Of a stretch of DNA of 64,000 bases, positions 9,720 to 19,524 are shown piece by piece. How positions within the stretch are numbered: the stretch's first letter is position 1; each line of letters begins with the position of its first letter. Position numbers and translations under genes: made by a program. The DNA lies in assembly GCA_964487335.1 (NCBI GenBank), contig CAZAPT010000008.1:27425-91424 (forward strand), given 5' to 3'. A model generated the notes under the pieces. It was not told the origin of the DNA and searched no databases. It worked only from the letters and a program-made list of their open reading frames with translations. Origin of the DNA: an uncultured Dehalococcoidia bacterium (lineage in GTDB: Bacteria; Chloroflexota; Dehalococcoidia; DSTF01; JACRBR01).

Positions 9720-11061
9720 TCACACAAACGGCCCCACCACGGTCAACCCCACCAACAACACCGACAGCGCGATCACCACGACCGCCGTCACTACCCCGAT
9801 CACGTTCAGCGCCACCCCATTGGCACGCTCCCCCATCAGCTCCCGATCGTTCGTTAGCCGCAGCAGGCTGAAGATCACAACCGGAAGCACGATCCCGTCG
9901 ATCACCTGGATCACCAGCAGCGTGCTCGTGAACGGGATCCCCGGCAGCAGCGCCAGCGCCGCCGACACCACGATCATCCCCGTGAACAGCCCCATGAAGA
10001 TCGGCGCCCGGCGGAAGTCCTGCGACACGCCCTTCTCGACGCCCACCGCCTCCGTCACGCTGTACGCCGTCGTAAGCGCCAGCACCGGCGCCGCCAGCAG
10101 GCACGCGCCCAGCAGACCCACCGCGAACAGTGTCTCCGCCGCTGACCCCGCCACCGGCTCCAAAGCCCGGGCGGCGTCCGATGCACTGTTCACTTCGATG
10201 CGCTGCGAGAACAGCGCGGCCGCCGTTGCCACCATGATGCTCAGCGCCACGACGTTCGCGAACAGCGACCCCGCGATCACGTCGATGCGCTCGTACACGT
10301 AGTCCTCCGGGCGCACCGCCTTCTCCGCGACCGACGACGTGAGATAGAGCTGCATGTACGGCGTGATCGTCGTGCCGATGAGTGCCACGACGATCGTTAC
10401 GCCCCCGCTCGAGTGCGGCACCTGCGGCACGACCAACCCGTGCCCCACGCTTCCCCAGTGCGGGTGCGCAATGATCGCCGATATCGGGTACGCGATGAAC
10501 ACCAGGCTCATCGCGAGGAACGCCCGCTCGACGATCTTGTACGACCCGAACACGATCAGCGTCCACAGCAGCAGCGCCGCGACGGGGATCGCGAAGTACT
10601 TCGACATGTGCAGCAGGTCCGCCGCCGCACCGATCCCCACGAACTCCGAGAACGCCGTCCCCAGGTTCGCCACCAGCAGCGCCAGCACGATGAACGAAGT
10701 CCATCGCACCCCGAAGTGCTCCCGCACCAGGTCCGACAGCCCCATGCCCGTAACCGCGCCGAGCCGCGCGCACATCTCCTGCACGACGATCAGCGCGACG
10801 AGGATGATCGGGATCACCCACAGCAGCGTGTAGCCGTACCTGGCGCCCGCCGCCGAGTACGTCGCGATGCCGCCCGCATCGTTGCCGGCGTTCGCCGCAA
10901 TCAGCCCGGGTCCGATGATGCCTAGGAGGAGGAAGAGCTTCGGGAATCGATGCGCAAGCGAAAATCGCCGCTGGCGTGGAGCAGCCTGCGGCTCACGGTG
11001 CCCACCCGCCGTGGGCTCGGCCTCGGTGGTCGCGCGTACTTCCCGGATGACTATCGCCCAT
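9720..11061 (-). CDS. NRAMP-family divalent metal transporter (NRMT/Mg2+-type); start codon out of frame by one base
   Basis: Frame extends upstream of the ORF call to GPGLIAANAGNDAGGIATY; GTTITPY in TM6; only nearby ATG (11061) is frame-shifted by one base. Confidence 0.8.
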
Positions 11062-11069
11062 CTTCTGCT

Positions 11070-12347
11070 TTAGCCGCCGAACGTCCGGCTGCGTCCCCGT
11101 CTCCATGACTCCTTCAGCAGGCGGTCCAGCACGTCGTCGACGGTGATCGCGCCCAGGAAGCGCTTGTGCTCGTCGACGACCGGGATCGCCAGCAAATTAT
11201 ATTCGGCGGTGACCTCCGCCACCTCCTGCGGCTCCGCGTCCGGCCCCACCGTCACCGGCTCGCGCGTCATCACCTCCCGCACGCGCGCGCCTTCCCTCGC
11301 GATGAGCACCTGGCGCAGGCTCAACACCCCGATCAGCGTGTTCGCCGAGTCCACCACGAAGAAGTAGTACGCGAAGTCCGGTGGGTCCTCGCGTGACGTG
11401 AACATCTCGAGCGCGTCGGTCACCAGCTGGTCCGGCCTGAGGACGAAGAGGTTGTTCGTCATCGCCCCTCCGGCGCTGTCCTCGTCGTACTCCAGCAACC
11501 GCCGGACCGCCGCCGACTCCTCCGGCTCCATCTCCTCGAGCAGCTTCTCCGCGTGCGGCGCAGGCACTTTCCCCAGCACGTCCGCCGCCTCGTCCGGCTC
11601 CATCTCCTCGATGAGGTCCGCCGCTTGCTCGACCGGCATCGTCTGCAAGAGTTGCGCCTGCTGCTCCGTAGAAAGCTCCTCGAGCGTGTCTGCGGCCTGC
11701 TCTTCGTCGAGCGACGACAGCACCTCCGCGCCCTCCTGCTTGCTCAACGCCGCCAGGATCCGCGCCAGCTGCTGAGGACGTAGCTTCCGCAGCTGCGCGT
11801 GCCGCGTCTTCAGCCGCACCGCGGGAGTGTCTGACGCCAGGTACTCGATCTCCCGCCAGTCCGTCAGCGATCGCGACTCGAAGCGCGACCGCATCGAGTT
11901 CGGCAGCAGCCTCCTCACGATCGCCTGCCCGCCGGTATCGAGCGCGACCACGCGATACCCAGCCGCCGTCTTGGAGATGTAGATGTCGTTCACGCGGACG
12001 ACGCGGCTTCCCCGCACGTCGATCACCTGGTGGTCCAGCAGGTCCTTCACCAGCAGGATCTCGCCGTCGCGACGTTGGAACCGCTCCACATCGAGCGCGC
12101 TCGATGACAGCGTCACGGGCCCCGGTCCCATCTCCGACACCCGCGCCATCGGGATGAAGAATTCGCGCCCGCCCGCCCGCGACACGATGCCGGTGATCTG
12201 CGGGTACACGCCCTCCTGCATCCGCGCGACCAGGTCCTTCACCCGCGCGATGCGATCCCCCCGCCGCTCCACGATCCCCCCGCCGATGATCTCGGAGATC
12301 GGGATCAGCTCCGCCGTCTGTGCCCCCGGCGATGCATTTGTCGCCAT
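11070..12347 (-). CDS. Soluble MgtE-like protein (PRC-barrel-like N-terminus, MgtE N domain, CBS pair), no membrane domain
   Basis: LLDHQVIDVRG, acidic MgtE_N repeats (MEPDEAADVL), YDEDSAGGAMT, YNLLAIPVVD..GAITVDDV. Confidence 0.85.
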   Translation of the reverse strand: MATNASPGAQTAELIPISEIIGGGIVERRGDRIARVKDLVARMQEGVYPQITGIVSRAGGREFFIPMARVSEMGPGPVTLSSSALDVERFQRRDGEILLVKDLLDHQVIDVRGSRVVRVNDIYISKTAAGYRVVALDTGGQAIVRRLLPNSMRSRFESRSLTDWREIEYLASDTPAVRLKTRHAQLRKLRPQQLARILAALSKQEGAEVLSSLDEEQAADTLEELSTEQQAQLLQTMPVEQAADLIEEMEPDEAADVLGKVPAPHAEKLLEEMEPEESAAVRRLLEYDEDSAGGAMTNNLFVLRPDQLVTDALEMFTSREDPPDFAYYFFVVDSANTLIGVLSLRQVLIAREGARVREVMTREPVTVGPDAEPQEVAEVTAEYNLLAIPVVDEHKRFLGAITVDDVLDRLLKESWRRGRSRTFGG

Positions 12348-12454
12348 CACACCCTCCGCCGCGAGGGTACGCCCAGTCTCGGAGCCGCGGCAAGCGTCTA
12401 CGCGACGGCGTTCGCAAGATGGCAGCGCGGGCAGAATCAGTGGCGACGCCGCCC

Positions 12455-12479
12455 GTAGGGGCGGCGCATGTGGCCGCCC
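12455..12479 (+). repeat. REP-like element, family A
   Basis: GTAG-GGGCGGC-gcatgtg-GCCGCCC. Confidence 0.8.
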
Positions 12480-12510
12480 ATCTCCCCTACCTCACGCCCA
12501 CTCGAATGTT

Positions 12511-13344
12511 TTAACCGCTCGTCAACACGAGCGTCCGCACCGCCCACGCCACCCCATCCTGCCGATTGCTCGGCCCCACCGCGTCCGCCTCCCGCTGCAC
12601 CTCCGGCGGCGCATTACCCATCGCGACGCTCATCCCCACCCCGCGCATCATCTCCAGGTCCGGCGCCGCATCCCCGATCGCCATCGCCTCCGCCATGTCG
12701 ATGCCGAGGTGCTCGCACACCATCCGCAGCGCGCGACCCTTGTCCGCCGCCGCGTTGACGATGTTCAGGTACGGCGGGAACGTCTCGCTGTAGCCGGACG
12801 CCAGGTTCAGCACGCCGTCGTACTTCCCGCCCAGCCGCGCCGGGATCCCGTCCACCGCGTCCTGCCCGAAGAACAGGAACGCCTCGCACCCGTCACCGAC
12901 GTGCTCCGACAGCCGCTTCGTCTGCACCATCCCGTTCGGAAGCCGCGCCGGATCGATGTCCGGACGCTTCGACAGCAGATACGTCACGTCGCCAACGGTC
13001 GCCATCGACTCGAACTTCTCGGCATCCGCGATCGCGGTAATCTCTATCGCGGCATCCGCTGGCACCGTCAGTTCCAGCATTGTCGCTCCATCGATGGGAC
13101 TCCGGATCATCGCGCCGTTGTGGCAGATGATCGGCGCCGTCACGCCGAGCAGGTCCGCTGTCCGTTTGGCAAGCAAGTACCATCGCGACGTCGCGAACAC
13201 GACGTGGATCCCCGCCGCCACTGCCTCCCGCACCGCCGCCGCGTTCTCGTCGCTCACGCGGTTGCCCTGAGTCAACAGCGTCCCGTCGAGGTCCAGCGCG
13301 ATGAGGCGGATCGGCTTCCGTGCCTTGGTGGCGTCGTCGCTCAC
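12511..13344 (-). CDS. Cof-like HAD-superfamily hydrolase
   Basis: LDLDGTLL, FATSR, DKGRAL, AIGD..D..M..VAMGNA. Confidence 0.9.
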   Translation of the reverse strand: MSDDATKARKPIRLIALDLDGTLLTQGNRVSDENAAAVREAVAAGIHVVFATSRWYLLAKRTADLLGVTAPIICHNGAMIRSPIDGATMLELTVPADAAIEITAIADAEKFESMATVGDVTYLLSKRPDIDPARLPNGMVQTKRLSEHVGDGCEAFLFFGQDAVDGIPARLGGKYDGVLNLASGYSETFPPYLNIVNAAADKGRALRMVCEHLGIDMAEAMAIGDAAPDLEMMRGVGMSVAMGNAPPEVQREADAVGPSNRQDGVAWAVRTLVLTSG

Positions 13345-14063
13345 GGCGCCTTCCCGTTCGGAAACCCGAGGCCCATTCCCTTGAGGCTCACGTGCTTCCC
13401 GCCGCCGATCACCAGGTGGTCCAGCAGGTCGATGTCCATGAGCTTCGCGGCCTCGTAGAGCGTCTTCGTCATCGTGATGTCCGCCGCCGACGGCGATGGA
13501 TCGCCCGACGGATGGTTGTGCATAGCGATGATGTTTGGCGCGTTCGCCCGCAGGGCTTCCCGCAGCAGCTCGGCGATGCGAACCTGCGTCGTGTGCACGC
13601 TTCCGCGGTACGCCTCGTGCATCGCCACGAAACGGTTCCGCGTATCGAGCAGGACGACGCGCATCTCCTCTTGGTCGAGCTGCGACATCTCAAGCGCTAC
13701 GAGGTTGGCGATGTCCTCCGGCGTCCTGACGAGCTTGCGGTCGCGAAGGTCCGCCTCCTTCAGTGACATCCCGATCTGCAGCGCCGCCTTGAGCTGCGCC
13801 GCCTTCGCCTCCCCCAGACCAGGCTGCGCGCATAATTCCGCGAAGGATGCGTCGGCTAACCCCTGCAGTCCTCCAAATTCCTTCAGGAGCCTCGTGGCCT
13901 GTGCCAGCGCGCTCTCTTTGGCACTACCTGTCCGCAACAGGATCGCGATCAGCTCCGCGGCGGTCAGCGAGCCTGCGCCGAAGTCGCGCAGCCGCTCCCG
14001 CGGCCGCTCGTTCTCCGGCAGGTCGCGGATCAGCGTGTACGACGTTGCGGCGTCCTGTGCCAT
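13341..14063 (-). CDS. radC: RadC/JAB-domain protein
   Basis: ERPRERL, ELIAILLRTG, HNHPSGDPSPSAAD, LLDHLVIG. Confidence 0.95.
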   Translation of the reverse strand: MAQDAATSYTLIRDLPENERPRERLRDFGAGSLTAAELIAILLRTGSAKESALAQATRLLKEFGGLQGLADASFAELCAQPGLGEAKAAQLKAALQIGMSLKEADLRDRKLVRTPEDIANLVALEMSQLDQEEMRVVLLDTRNRFVAMHEAYRGSVHTTQVRIAELLREALRANAPNIIAMHNHPSGDPSPSAADITMTKTLYEAAKLMDIDLLDHLVIGGGKHVSLKGMGLGFPNGKAP

Positions 14064-14072
14064 CAGGGCTCG

Positions 14073-14101
14073 AACGTATCAACGTCGATCTCTGGCGTCA
14101 A
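14073..14101 (-). promoter_or_regulatory. Sigma70-type promoter for radC
   Basis: TTGACG, 17-nt spacer, TG-extended TACGTT, 9 nt before ATG. Confidence 0.5.
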
Positions 14102-14121
14102 TTGACTAGCTCAGCGAAATA

Positions 14122-14157
14122 GAAGGGGCAGGCGCTTCGCACTTCGCCTGCCCCTTC
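14122..14157 (-). terminator. Intrinsic terminator after the secreted protein gene
   Basis: 13-bp inverted repeat GAAGGGGCAGGCG/CGCCTGCCCCTTC followed by TATTT on the minus strand. Confidence 0.7.
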
Positions 14158-14180
14158 CACGGCAGCCCCCGAGATGCCGG

Positions 14181-14606
14181 TTAGCCCTGCGGCCCGTGGA
14201 TGACGCCCGTCACCGTCCCCACGACGTGCACCGTGGCGCCTTTTTGCGACGCCGTGAAGTCGAAGCTGCAGGTCACGGTATCACCGCTCGCGTTGCTCGA
14301 CTGTCCCTTCGTGATCCCGGGGAACGTCTGCGTCTGCGGCGTCCCGCCTGGCGGTGTGAACGTCACGGTCTGCTCACCGAAGCTCAGAGGCACGAATGTG
14401 CCCCCGCCGACCACGTGTGCCGCCGCAAACTGCCCAGCCGCAAAGTTGATCACGACGTCCATCGGACCCGCGCTACCGCAGTCCGCATGAATCGTCTCCG
14501 CATTCGGCCCGTTGCCCGGCGCTGCCTGAGCGGCGCCCGCACCGATAGTCCAGGCGCCGATACCCAACGCAACGGCAAGCGTGATCGCTCCGAAAACTTT
14601 TCGCAC
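14181..14606 (-). CDS. Hypothetical secreted protein
   Basis: GAAGGAGG RBS then GTG; Sec signal peptide ending AQA; two Cys; beta-rich mature part. Confidence 0.75.
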   Translation of the reverse strand: MRKVFGAITLAVALGIGAWTIGAGAAQAAPGNGPNAETIHADCGSAGPMDVVINFAAGQFAAAHVVGGGTFVPLSFGEQTVTFTPPGGTPQTQTFPGITKGQSSNASGDTVTCSFDFTASQKGATVHVVGTVTGVIHGPQG

Positions 14607-14760
14607 GTGTTTCCCTCCTTCGTTACCGCACCCGATTCGCGGGTTCGCCACGCCACGATAGGAAGGAAATGTGCTCGGGAACATAACTAGCGCAGCCGGA
14701 TACCATCCTCACAATCGGGATTGACAGGCATTCGCAAGGTTCGTGAGAGCGCTGGAAGAA

Positions 14761-15651
14761 TTACTCGACGACGATCGCGCTCGCCGTCCCGATCGTCGCC
14801 TTCGTGCCGTCTTGCTTCTCGCACCAGATGTCGAGATGCGCCCGGCGCCGCGGACCCTCCGGCGTCACATCGCGCACGAAGCCGCGGCACGCCAATAGGT
14901 CGCTCTGCCAGACGATGTTCACCAGGTTCACGCTCATCTTCCCGCCGGCGATCCACCCCGCCTCGAATCGGTTCGTCAGCATCTCGGATAAGAAGCAGAT
15001 CGACATCATCCCTTGCACGACGATGTCCGGAAACCCCCACTTGATCGCCATCTCTTTGTCGTTGTGATAGCTGCGCCCCGGACTGAACTTCTTGCACATC
15101 TCGAGCGACACCTGCTTGTGCAGCGGCGGGATCTCCTCGATCGCCGCCGACGTATCTACCTCGAAGCGCCGCCCCGGCTGCTTCTCCCGCGTCTCGTCGA
15201 TCACGATGCCCTCGTTGTTCGTCTCCCGCAGGAAGCTCTGGTGTGTCCGTCCGCGCGCGACCAGCGCGTCGTCGTCGTTGAAGTACAGCACTTCGTTCAC
15301 CACGTAGTCGCGCCCGCGCTTCACGTACCGGTCCGCGATTACCGACCGCGTGTGCACCGCGTCGCCCACCATGACCGGCGCGAACATCTCGAACTCCTGC
15401 CGGGCGTGCAGGTTCCCGAACAGGTTCGGCAGGTACCACGAAGGCGCCGCGGCCTTCGGATGCTCGCGGTATGCGTACACCTCCGAGTGCCGCACCAGCG
15501 CCGGCGCCACCGCCCCGCCGAACGGCGACGGCCCGATGTACATCGGGTTGTGGTCGTCCACCGCGTCGCCGTAGTCAGCGACTGTGCCCTCGTCGATCAC
15601 GAAGTCATGCCGTCCGAAATCCCGCCCGACGTAGATGTCATCGTCGCCCAT
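14761..15651 (-). CDS. Double hot-dog MaoC-family dehydratase
   Basis: AVDDHNPMY, LHARQEFEMFAPV, YHNDKEMA..VVQGMMS; two hot-dog halves. Confidence 0.8.
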   Translation of the reverse strand: MGDDDIYVGRDFGRHDFVIDEGTVADYGDAVDDHNPMYIGPSPFGGAVAPALVRHSEVYAYREHPKAAAPSWYLPNLFGNLHARQEFEMFAPVMVGDAVHTRSVIADRYVKRGRDYVVNEVLYFNDDDALVARGRTHQSFLRETNNEGIVIDETREKQPGRRFEVDTSAAIEEIPPLHKQVSLEMCKKFSPGRSYHNDKEMAIKWGFPDIVVQGMMSICFLSEMLTNRFEAGWIAGGKMSVNLVNIVWQSDLLACRGFVRDVTPEGPRRRAHLDIWCEKQDGTKATIGTASAIVVE

Positions 15652-15739
15652 GCCTCGCTCCTTGCTCGCGTCGCCAGTCTACTCCCGCTGCCCGCATCCG
15701 CACGACGGCGCGTCCCGAACCGCTCGCTAGACTGGATCG

Positions 15740-16819
15740 ATGCCCTCGCTGTACGACCTGTCCTGGCCCGAGCTCGAGCGCTTCGTCGAGTCCGCTGGAG
15801 GTCCCCGATACCGGGCTCGCCAGGTGTGGGAATGGGCCTACCACCGCTTCGTCGCCTCGTACGACGAGATGACGAACGTCCCCGTCGCCCTCCGCGCGCG
15901 CCTGTCCGAAGAGCTTCCCTTCCCCGACCTCCACGTCGTCACCGAAATCACCGCAGACGACAATCTCACCCGCAAGCGCCTGATCCGCCTCGCCGACGGC
16001 AAGCTCATCGAGACGGTGCTGATGCTCTACGACCCGCGCTCGGACAGCCGTGGTCGCGCCACCGTCTGCGTCTCCAGCCAGGCCGGCTGCGCGATGGGCT
16101 GCGTCTTCTGCGCCACCGGCCAGGCTGGCTTCGAGCGCAACCTCACGTCAGGCGAGATCATCGGGCAGATCATCGGCTTCGCGCGCTCACAGGCACAAAG
16201 CGGCGGGCACGCGCTGACCAACGTCGTCTTCATGGGCATGGGCGAACCGATGGCGAACTACCGCAACGTCTGGCGCGCCGTCGAGACTCTGAACAACCCC
16301 GCAGGCATGCGCATGGCAGCGCGCCACATCACGATCTCGACCGTCGGTCTCGTCCCGGGCATTCGCAGGCTCGCTGATGAGTCGCTCCAGGTCGGCCTCG
16401 CCGTCTCGCTGCACGCGCCGGATGAGCCCCTCCGCGAGCGTCTGATCCCCACCGCCCATCGCTTCCCGCTGCCGGACATCATCGCCGCCTGTCGCGACTA
16501 CATCGCGAAGACCCACCGGCGCGTGACCTTCGAATACTGCCTGATGGCCGGCGTCAACGACTCCGTCGAGCAGTCGCGCGCGCTCGCGGATCTGCTCCAC
16601 GGCATGATCTGCCACGTGAATATCATCCCCGTAAACCCGACCGCTGACGCATCCATTCGCCGCCCCGACCGCGCTCGTACCCTCGCCTTCCAGCGCACGC
16701 TCGCCTCGCGCGGCGTTCCCTGCACCGTCCGCGTCGAGAAGGGCGTCGAGATCAGCGCTGCCTGTGGCCAGCTCCGCGGCGACACACAATCGATCGCCGT
16801 CGCGCAGACCGCCCGCTGA
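15740..16819 (+). CDS. rlmN: 23S rRNA m2A2503/tRNA methyltransferase RlmN
   Basis: CVSSQAGCAMGCVFC radical-SAM motif, MGMGEP, ISAACGQL. Confidence 0.95.
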   Translation: MPSLYDLSWPELERFVESAGGPRYRARQVWEWAYHRFVASYDEMTNVPVALRARLSEELPFPDLHVVTEITADDNLTRKRLIRLADGKLIETVLMLYDPRSDSRGRATVCVSSQAGCAMGCVFCATGQAGFERNLTSGEIIGQIIGFARSQAQSGGHALTNVVFMGMGEPMANYRNVWRAVETLNNPAGMRMAARHITISTVGLVPGIRRLADESLQVGLAVSLHAPDEPLRERLIPTAHRFPLPDIIAACRDYIAKTHRRVTFEYCLMAGVNDSVEQSRALADLLHGMICHVNIIPVNPTADASIRRPDRARTLAFQRTLASRGVPCTVRVEKGVEISAACGQLRGDTQSIAVAQTAR

Positions 16820-16858
16820 TCCGCATCGCTCTGCCGTTCGATACGATGTGCCGCTGAG

Positions 16859-18124
16859 ATGAAACAACTCCCAAACCGCGGCGCACACCTCGACGATGTC
16901 ATGTCGCGCCTGCGCGACCTCCAAACCCACGACGGCGACTACCACAACGCCCGCACCTGGAGCCTCATATACAACGCCGGCCCCGATGTCGACGCCATGC
17001 TCCACGCCGCCGCCTCCGAAGTGCTACTCGAAAACGCCCTCAACCCCGCCGTCTTCCCGAGCCTGAAGGAGATGCAGCGCGACGTCGTTTCTATGACGGC
17101 GGATCTACTCCACGGCGATGACGACGTCGGCGGCGCCATGACGACCGGTGGCACCGAATCGATCTTCATGGCCGTGAAGACCGCCCGCGACCGTATGCGG
17201 GCGGAGAAGGGCATCACCCGCGGCAAGCTCGTCGTCCCAAAGACCGCCCACCCCGCCTTCGCGAAGGCCGCGCACTACCTCGACCTTGACTTCGTCCAGA
17301 TGCCCCTCGGCGATGACCTCCGCACCCGCGCCGAAGATCTTGCACCGCTCCTTGACGATCGCACTGTCCTCGCCGTGGGCTCCGCTCCGGCGTATCCCTT
17401 CGGCATGATCGATCCGATACCCGAGATGGCAACCATCGCCGCATCACGCGGCGTCCCCTTCCACGTCGATGCCTGTCTGGGCGGCTTCCTGCTCCCGTTC
17501 CTCGAGCGCCTGGATCACGACGTCCCACCGTGGGACTTCCGCGTCCCCGGCGTCTCCTCGATCTCGGCCGACGTCCACAAGTACGGCTACGCGGCGAAGG
17601 GCGCGTCCGTCATCCTTCATCGCCCGCGCGCCAACCTCCGATACCAGGTCTTCCATTTCGACGATTGGCCTGGCGGCATCTACGGCACACAGGCCTTTCT
17701 TGGCACCAAGCCTGCTCCGCCGATCGCCGCCGCTTGGGCCGTCATGCAGTTCCTCGGCGAAGACGGGTACGTGGGGCTCGCGCGCGACGTCATGGACGCC
17801 ACGAAGCGGCTGCTCGATGGCATAGCCGCGATCGATGGCGTGCACGTCTGGGGTGAACCGGAGATGAGCGTCGTCGCCATCGGCTCCCGCGACCGCGACA
17901 TTTACGCCATCGGCGACGTCCTCGAGGACCGCGGATGGCACTTCGACCGCCAGGATCACCCGCCCGCGTTGCACCTCATGGCGAGCCCGCGCCACACCCT
18001 CGTCGTCGATGAGTTCCTCACCGACCTGCGTAACGCCGTCGCCTCCGCCCGCGAAAGCAGCACTACCGCCGCCCGCTACGGCGACGACGTCAGCGCCGAA
18101 GCCGCCACGCCGGAGAAACGATGA
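16859..18124 (+). CDS. PLP-dependent group II decarboxylase/sphingosine-1-phosphate lyase-like enzyme
   Basis: TTGGTESI, HVDACLGGF, SISADVHKYGYAAKG PLP-lysine motif. Confidence 0.85.
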   Translation: MKQLPNRGAHLDDVMSRLRDLQTHDGDYHNARTWSLIYNAGPDVDAMLHAAASEVLLENALNPAVFPSLKEMQRDVVSMTADLLHGDDDVGGAMTTGGTESIFMAVKTARDRMRAEKGITRGKLVVPKTAHPAFAKAAHYLDLDFVQMPLGDDLRTRAEDLAPLLDDRTVLAVGSAPAYPFGMIDPIPEMATIAASRGVPFHVDACLGGFLLPFLERLDHDVPPWDFRVPGVSSISADVHKYGYAAKGASVILHRPRANLRYQVFHFDDWPGGIYGTQAFLGTKPAPPIAAAWAVMQFLGEDGYVGLARDVMDATKRLLDGIAAIDGVHVWGEPEMSVVAIGSRDRDIYAIGDVLEDRGWHFDRQDHPPALHLMASPRHTLVVDEFLTDLRNAVASARESSTTAARYGDDVSAEAATPEKR

Positions 18125-19524
18125 CGCCCTGGCTCGGCGACGCTTCGTCGCTCGCCGACGCGATCCGCAGCCGAGAAATCCGCGCGTCCGACGCCCTCGA
18201 AGCATCCCTCGACGCCATCGCCCGCTCGAAACTCAACGCCGTCGTCCACCTCGATGTCGACGGCGCCCGCGCGCAGGCTGACGCGATTGACCGCCGCATC
18301 AGAAACGGCGAAGACACTGGCCTTCTCGCCGGCGTGCCAGTGCTGATCAAGGACCTCGAGAACGTAGCCGGTATGCCGACGACGCACGGTTCCGTCGTCT
18401 ATCGCGACAACATCGCGGAGTTCGACTCGACGCACGTCGCCCGTGTCCGAGCCGCCGGTGCCGTGATCATCGGCAAGTCCGCCGCGTCGGAGTTCGGACT
18501 CGTCCCCTACACCAGCACCAAGCTCTTCGGCACGACGCGCAATCCCTGGAACCTCGAACGCACTCCCGGCGGGTCGTCGGGTGGGTCCGCCGCCGCCGTC
18601 TCCGGTGGCCTCGTCCCGATCGCGACTGGCAGCGATGGTGGCGGCAGCATTCGCATCCCCGCCGCGTACACCGGCCTGCTCGGGATGAAGGGCACCTTCG
18701 GCCGCATCCCCCGCGGCCCGCGTCCCAAGAACGGCCCGCTCACCAGCCACTGGGGATGCCTCGCCCGAAGCGTGCGCGATGCCGCCCGATGGCTCGACGT
18801 CGCATCCGGCTACGATGCGCGCGATCCCTTCAGCCTCCCCCGCATCGACGGATGGGAGCGCGACCTCGGGATGCGCGAACTGCGCGGCCTCCGCGTCGCC
18901 TTCGCGCCGGACCTCGGCAACGCCATGCTCGACCCGGAAGTCGAGCGCGTCGTCACCGACGCCGGCGAAGCGCTAATCGACGCCACCCGGCTAGCGCGCG
19001 TCGACGTCGGCGTACAACTCCCCGAGAAAGCAGCAGCCTGGGCGAACGCCGGCGCACCGTCGCTCTTTGACGACCTGAAGGATCACTGGCCGGACTGCCG
19101 CGACGACCTCAGCTACGAGATCCGCGCAGGCATGGACTTCATGGAGCGATACCGCGTCTGGCACGCCGCGTCCGTCGACCGCTTCCGTATGGCCATGAAC
19201 GAAGCGATGGCCGACATCTTCGACCAGGTCGACATCGTTCTCTGCGCGGCAAATCCGATCGAGCCCTTCGTGGCCGAGGGACCGACGCCGAGCCGCATCG
19301 GCGAAGTCCGCGTCGGACGCAATAACATGGGCGCGCTGACCATCCCGGGGAACATCAGCGGCTACCCCGCCGTGTCGATCCCCGCCGGCCTCACCCGCAA
19401 CGGCCTCCCCGTCGGACTCCAGGCGTATGCCCGCCGCCACGAGGACGCGCTGCTACTTGACCTCGCGCTCGCGTTCGAACGCGCCCGCCCGTGGCCCCTC
19501 GTCGCCCCGAACGCCCCTGCATGA
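18121..19524 (+). CDS. Amidase-signature family amidase
   Basis: LIKDL, PGGSSGGSAAAV, GSDGGGSIRIPA. Confidence 0.9.
   Translation: MTPWLGDASSLADAIRSREIRASDALEASLDAIARSKLNAVVHLDVDGARAQADAIDRRIRNGEDTGLLAGVPVLIKDLENVAGMPTTHGSVVYRDNIAEFDSTHVARVRAAGAVIIGKSAASEFGLVPYTSTKLFGTTRNPWNLERTPGGSSGGSAAAVSGGLVPIATGSDGGGSIRIPAAYTGLLGMKGTFGRIPRGPRPKNGPLTSHWGCLARSVRDAARWLDVASGYDARDPFSLPRIDGWERDLGMRELRGLRVAFAPDLGNAMLDPEVERVVTDAGEALIDATRLARVDVGVQLPEKAAAWANAGAPSLFDDLKDHWPDCRDDLSYEIRAGMDFMERYRVWHAASVDRFRMAMNEAMADIFDQVDIVLCAANPIEPFVAEGPTPSRIGEVRVGRNNMGALTIPGNISGYPAVSIPAGLTRNGLPVGLQAYARRHEDALLLDLALAFERARPWPLVAPNAPA

Noticed and set aside
14064-14101. SOS box at radC
   Set aside because: CGAAC is followed by GTAT-CAAC, not N4-GTTC; only a half-site.
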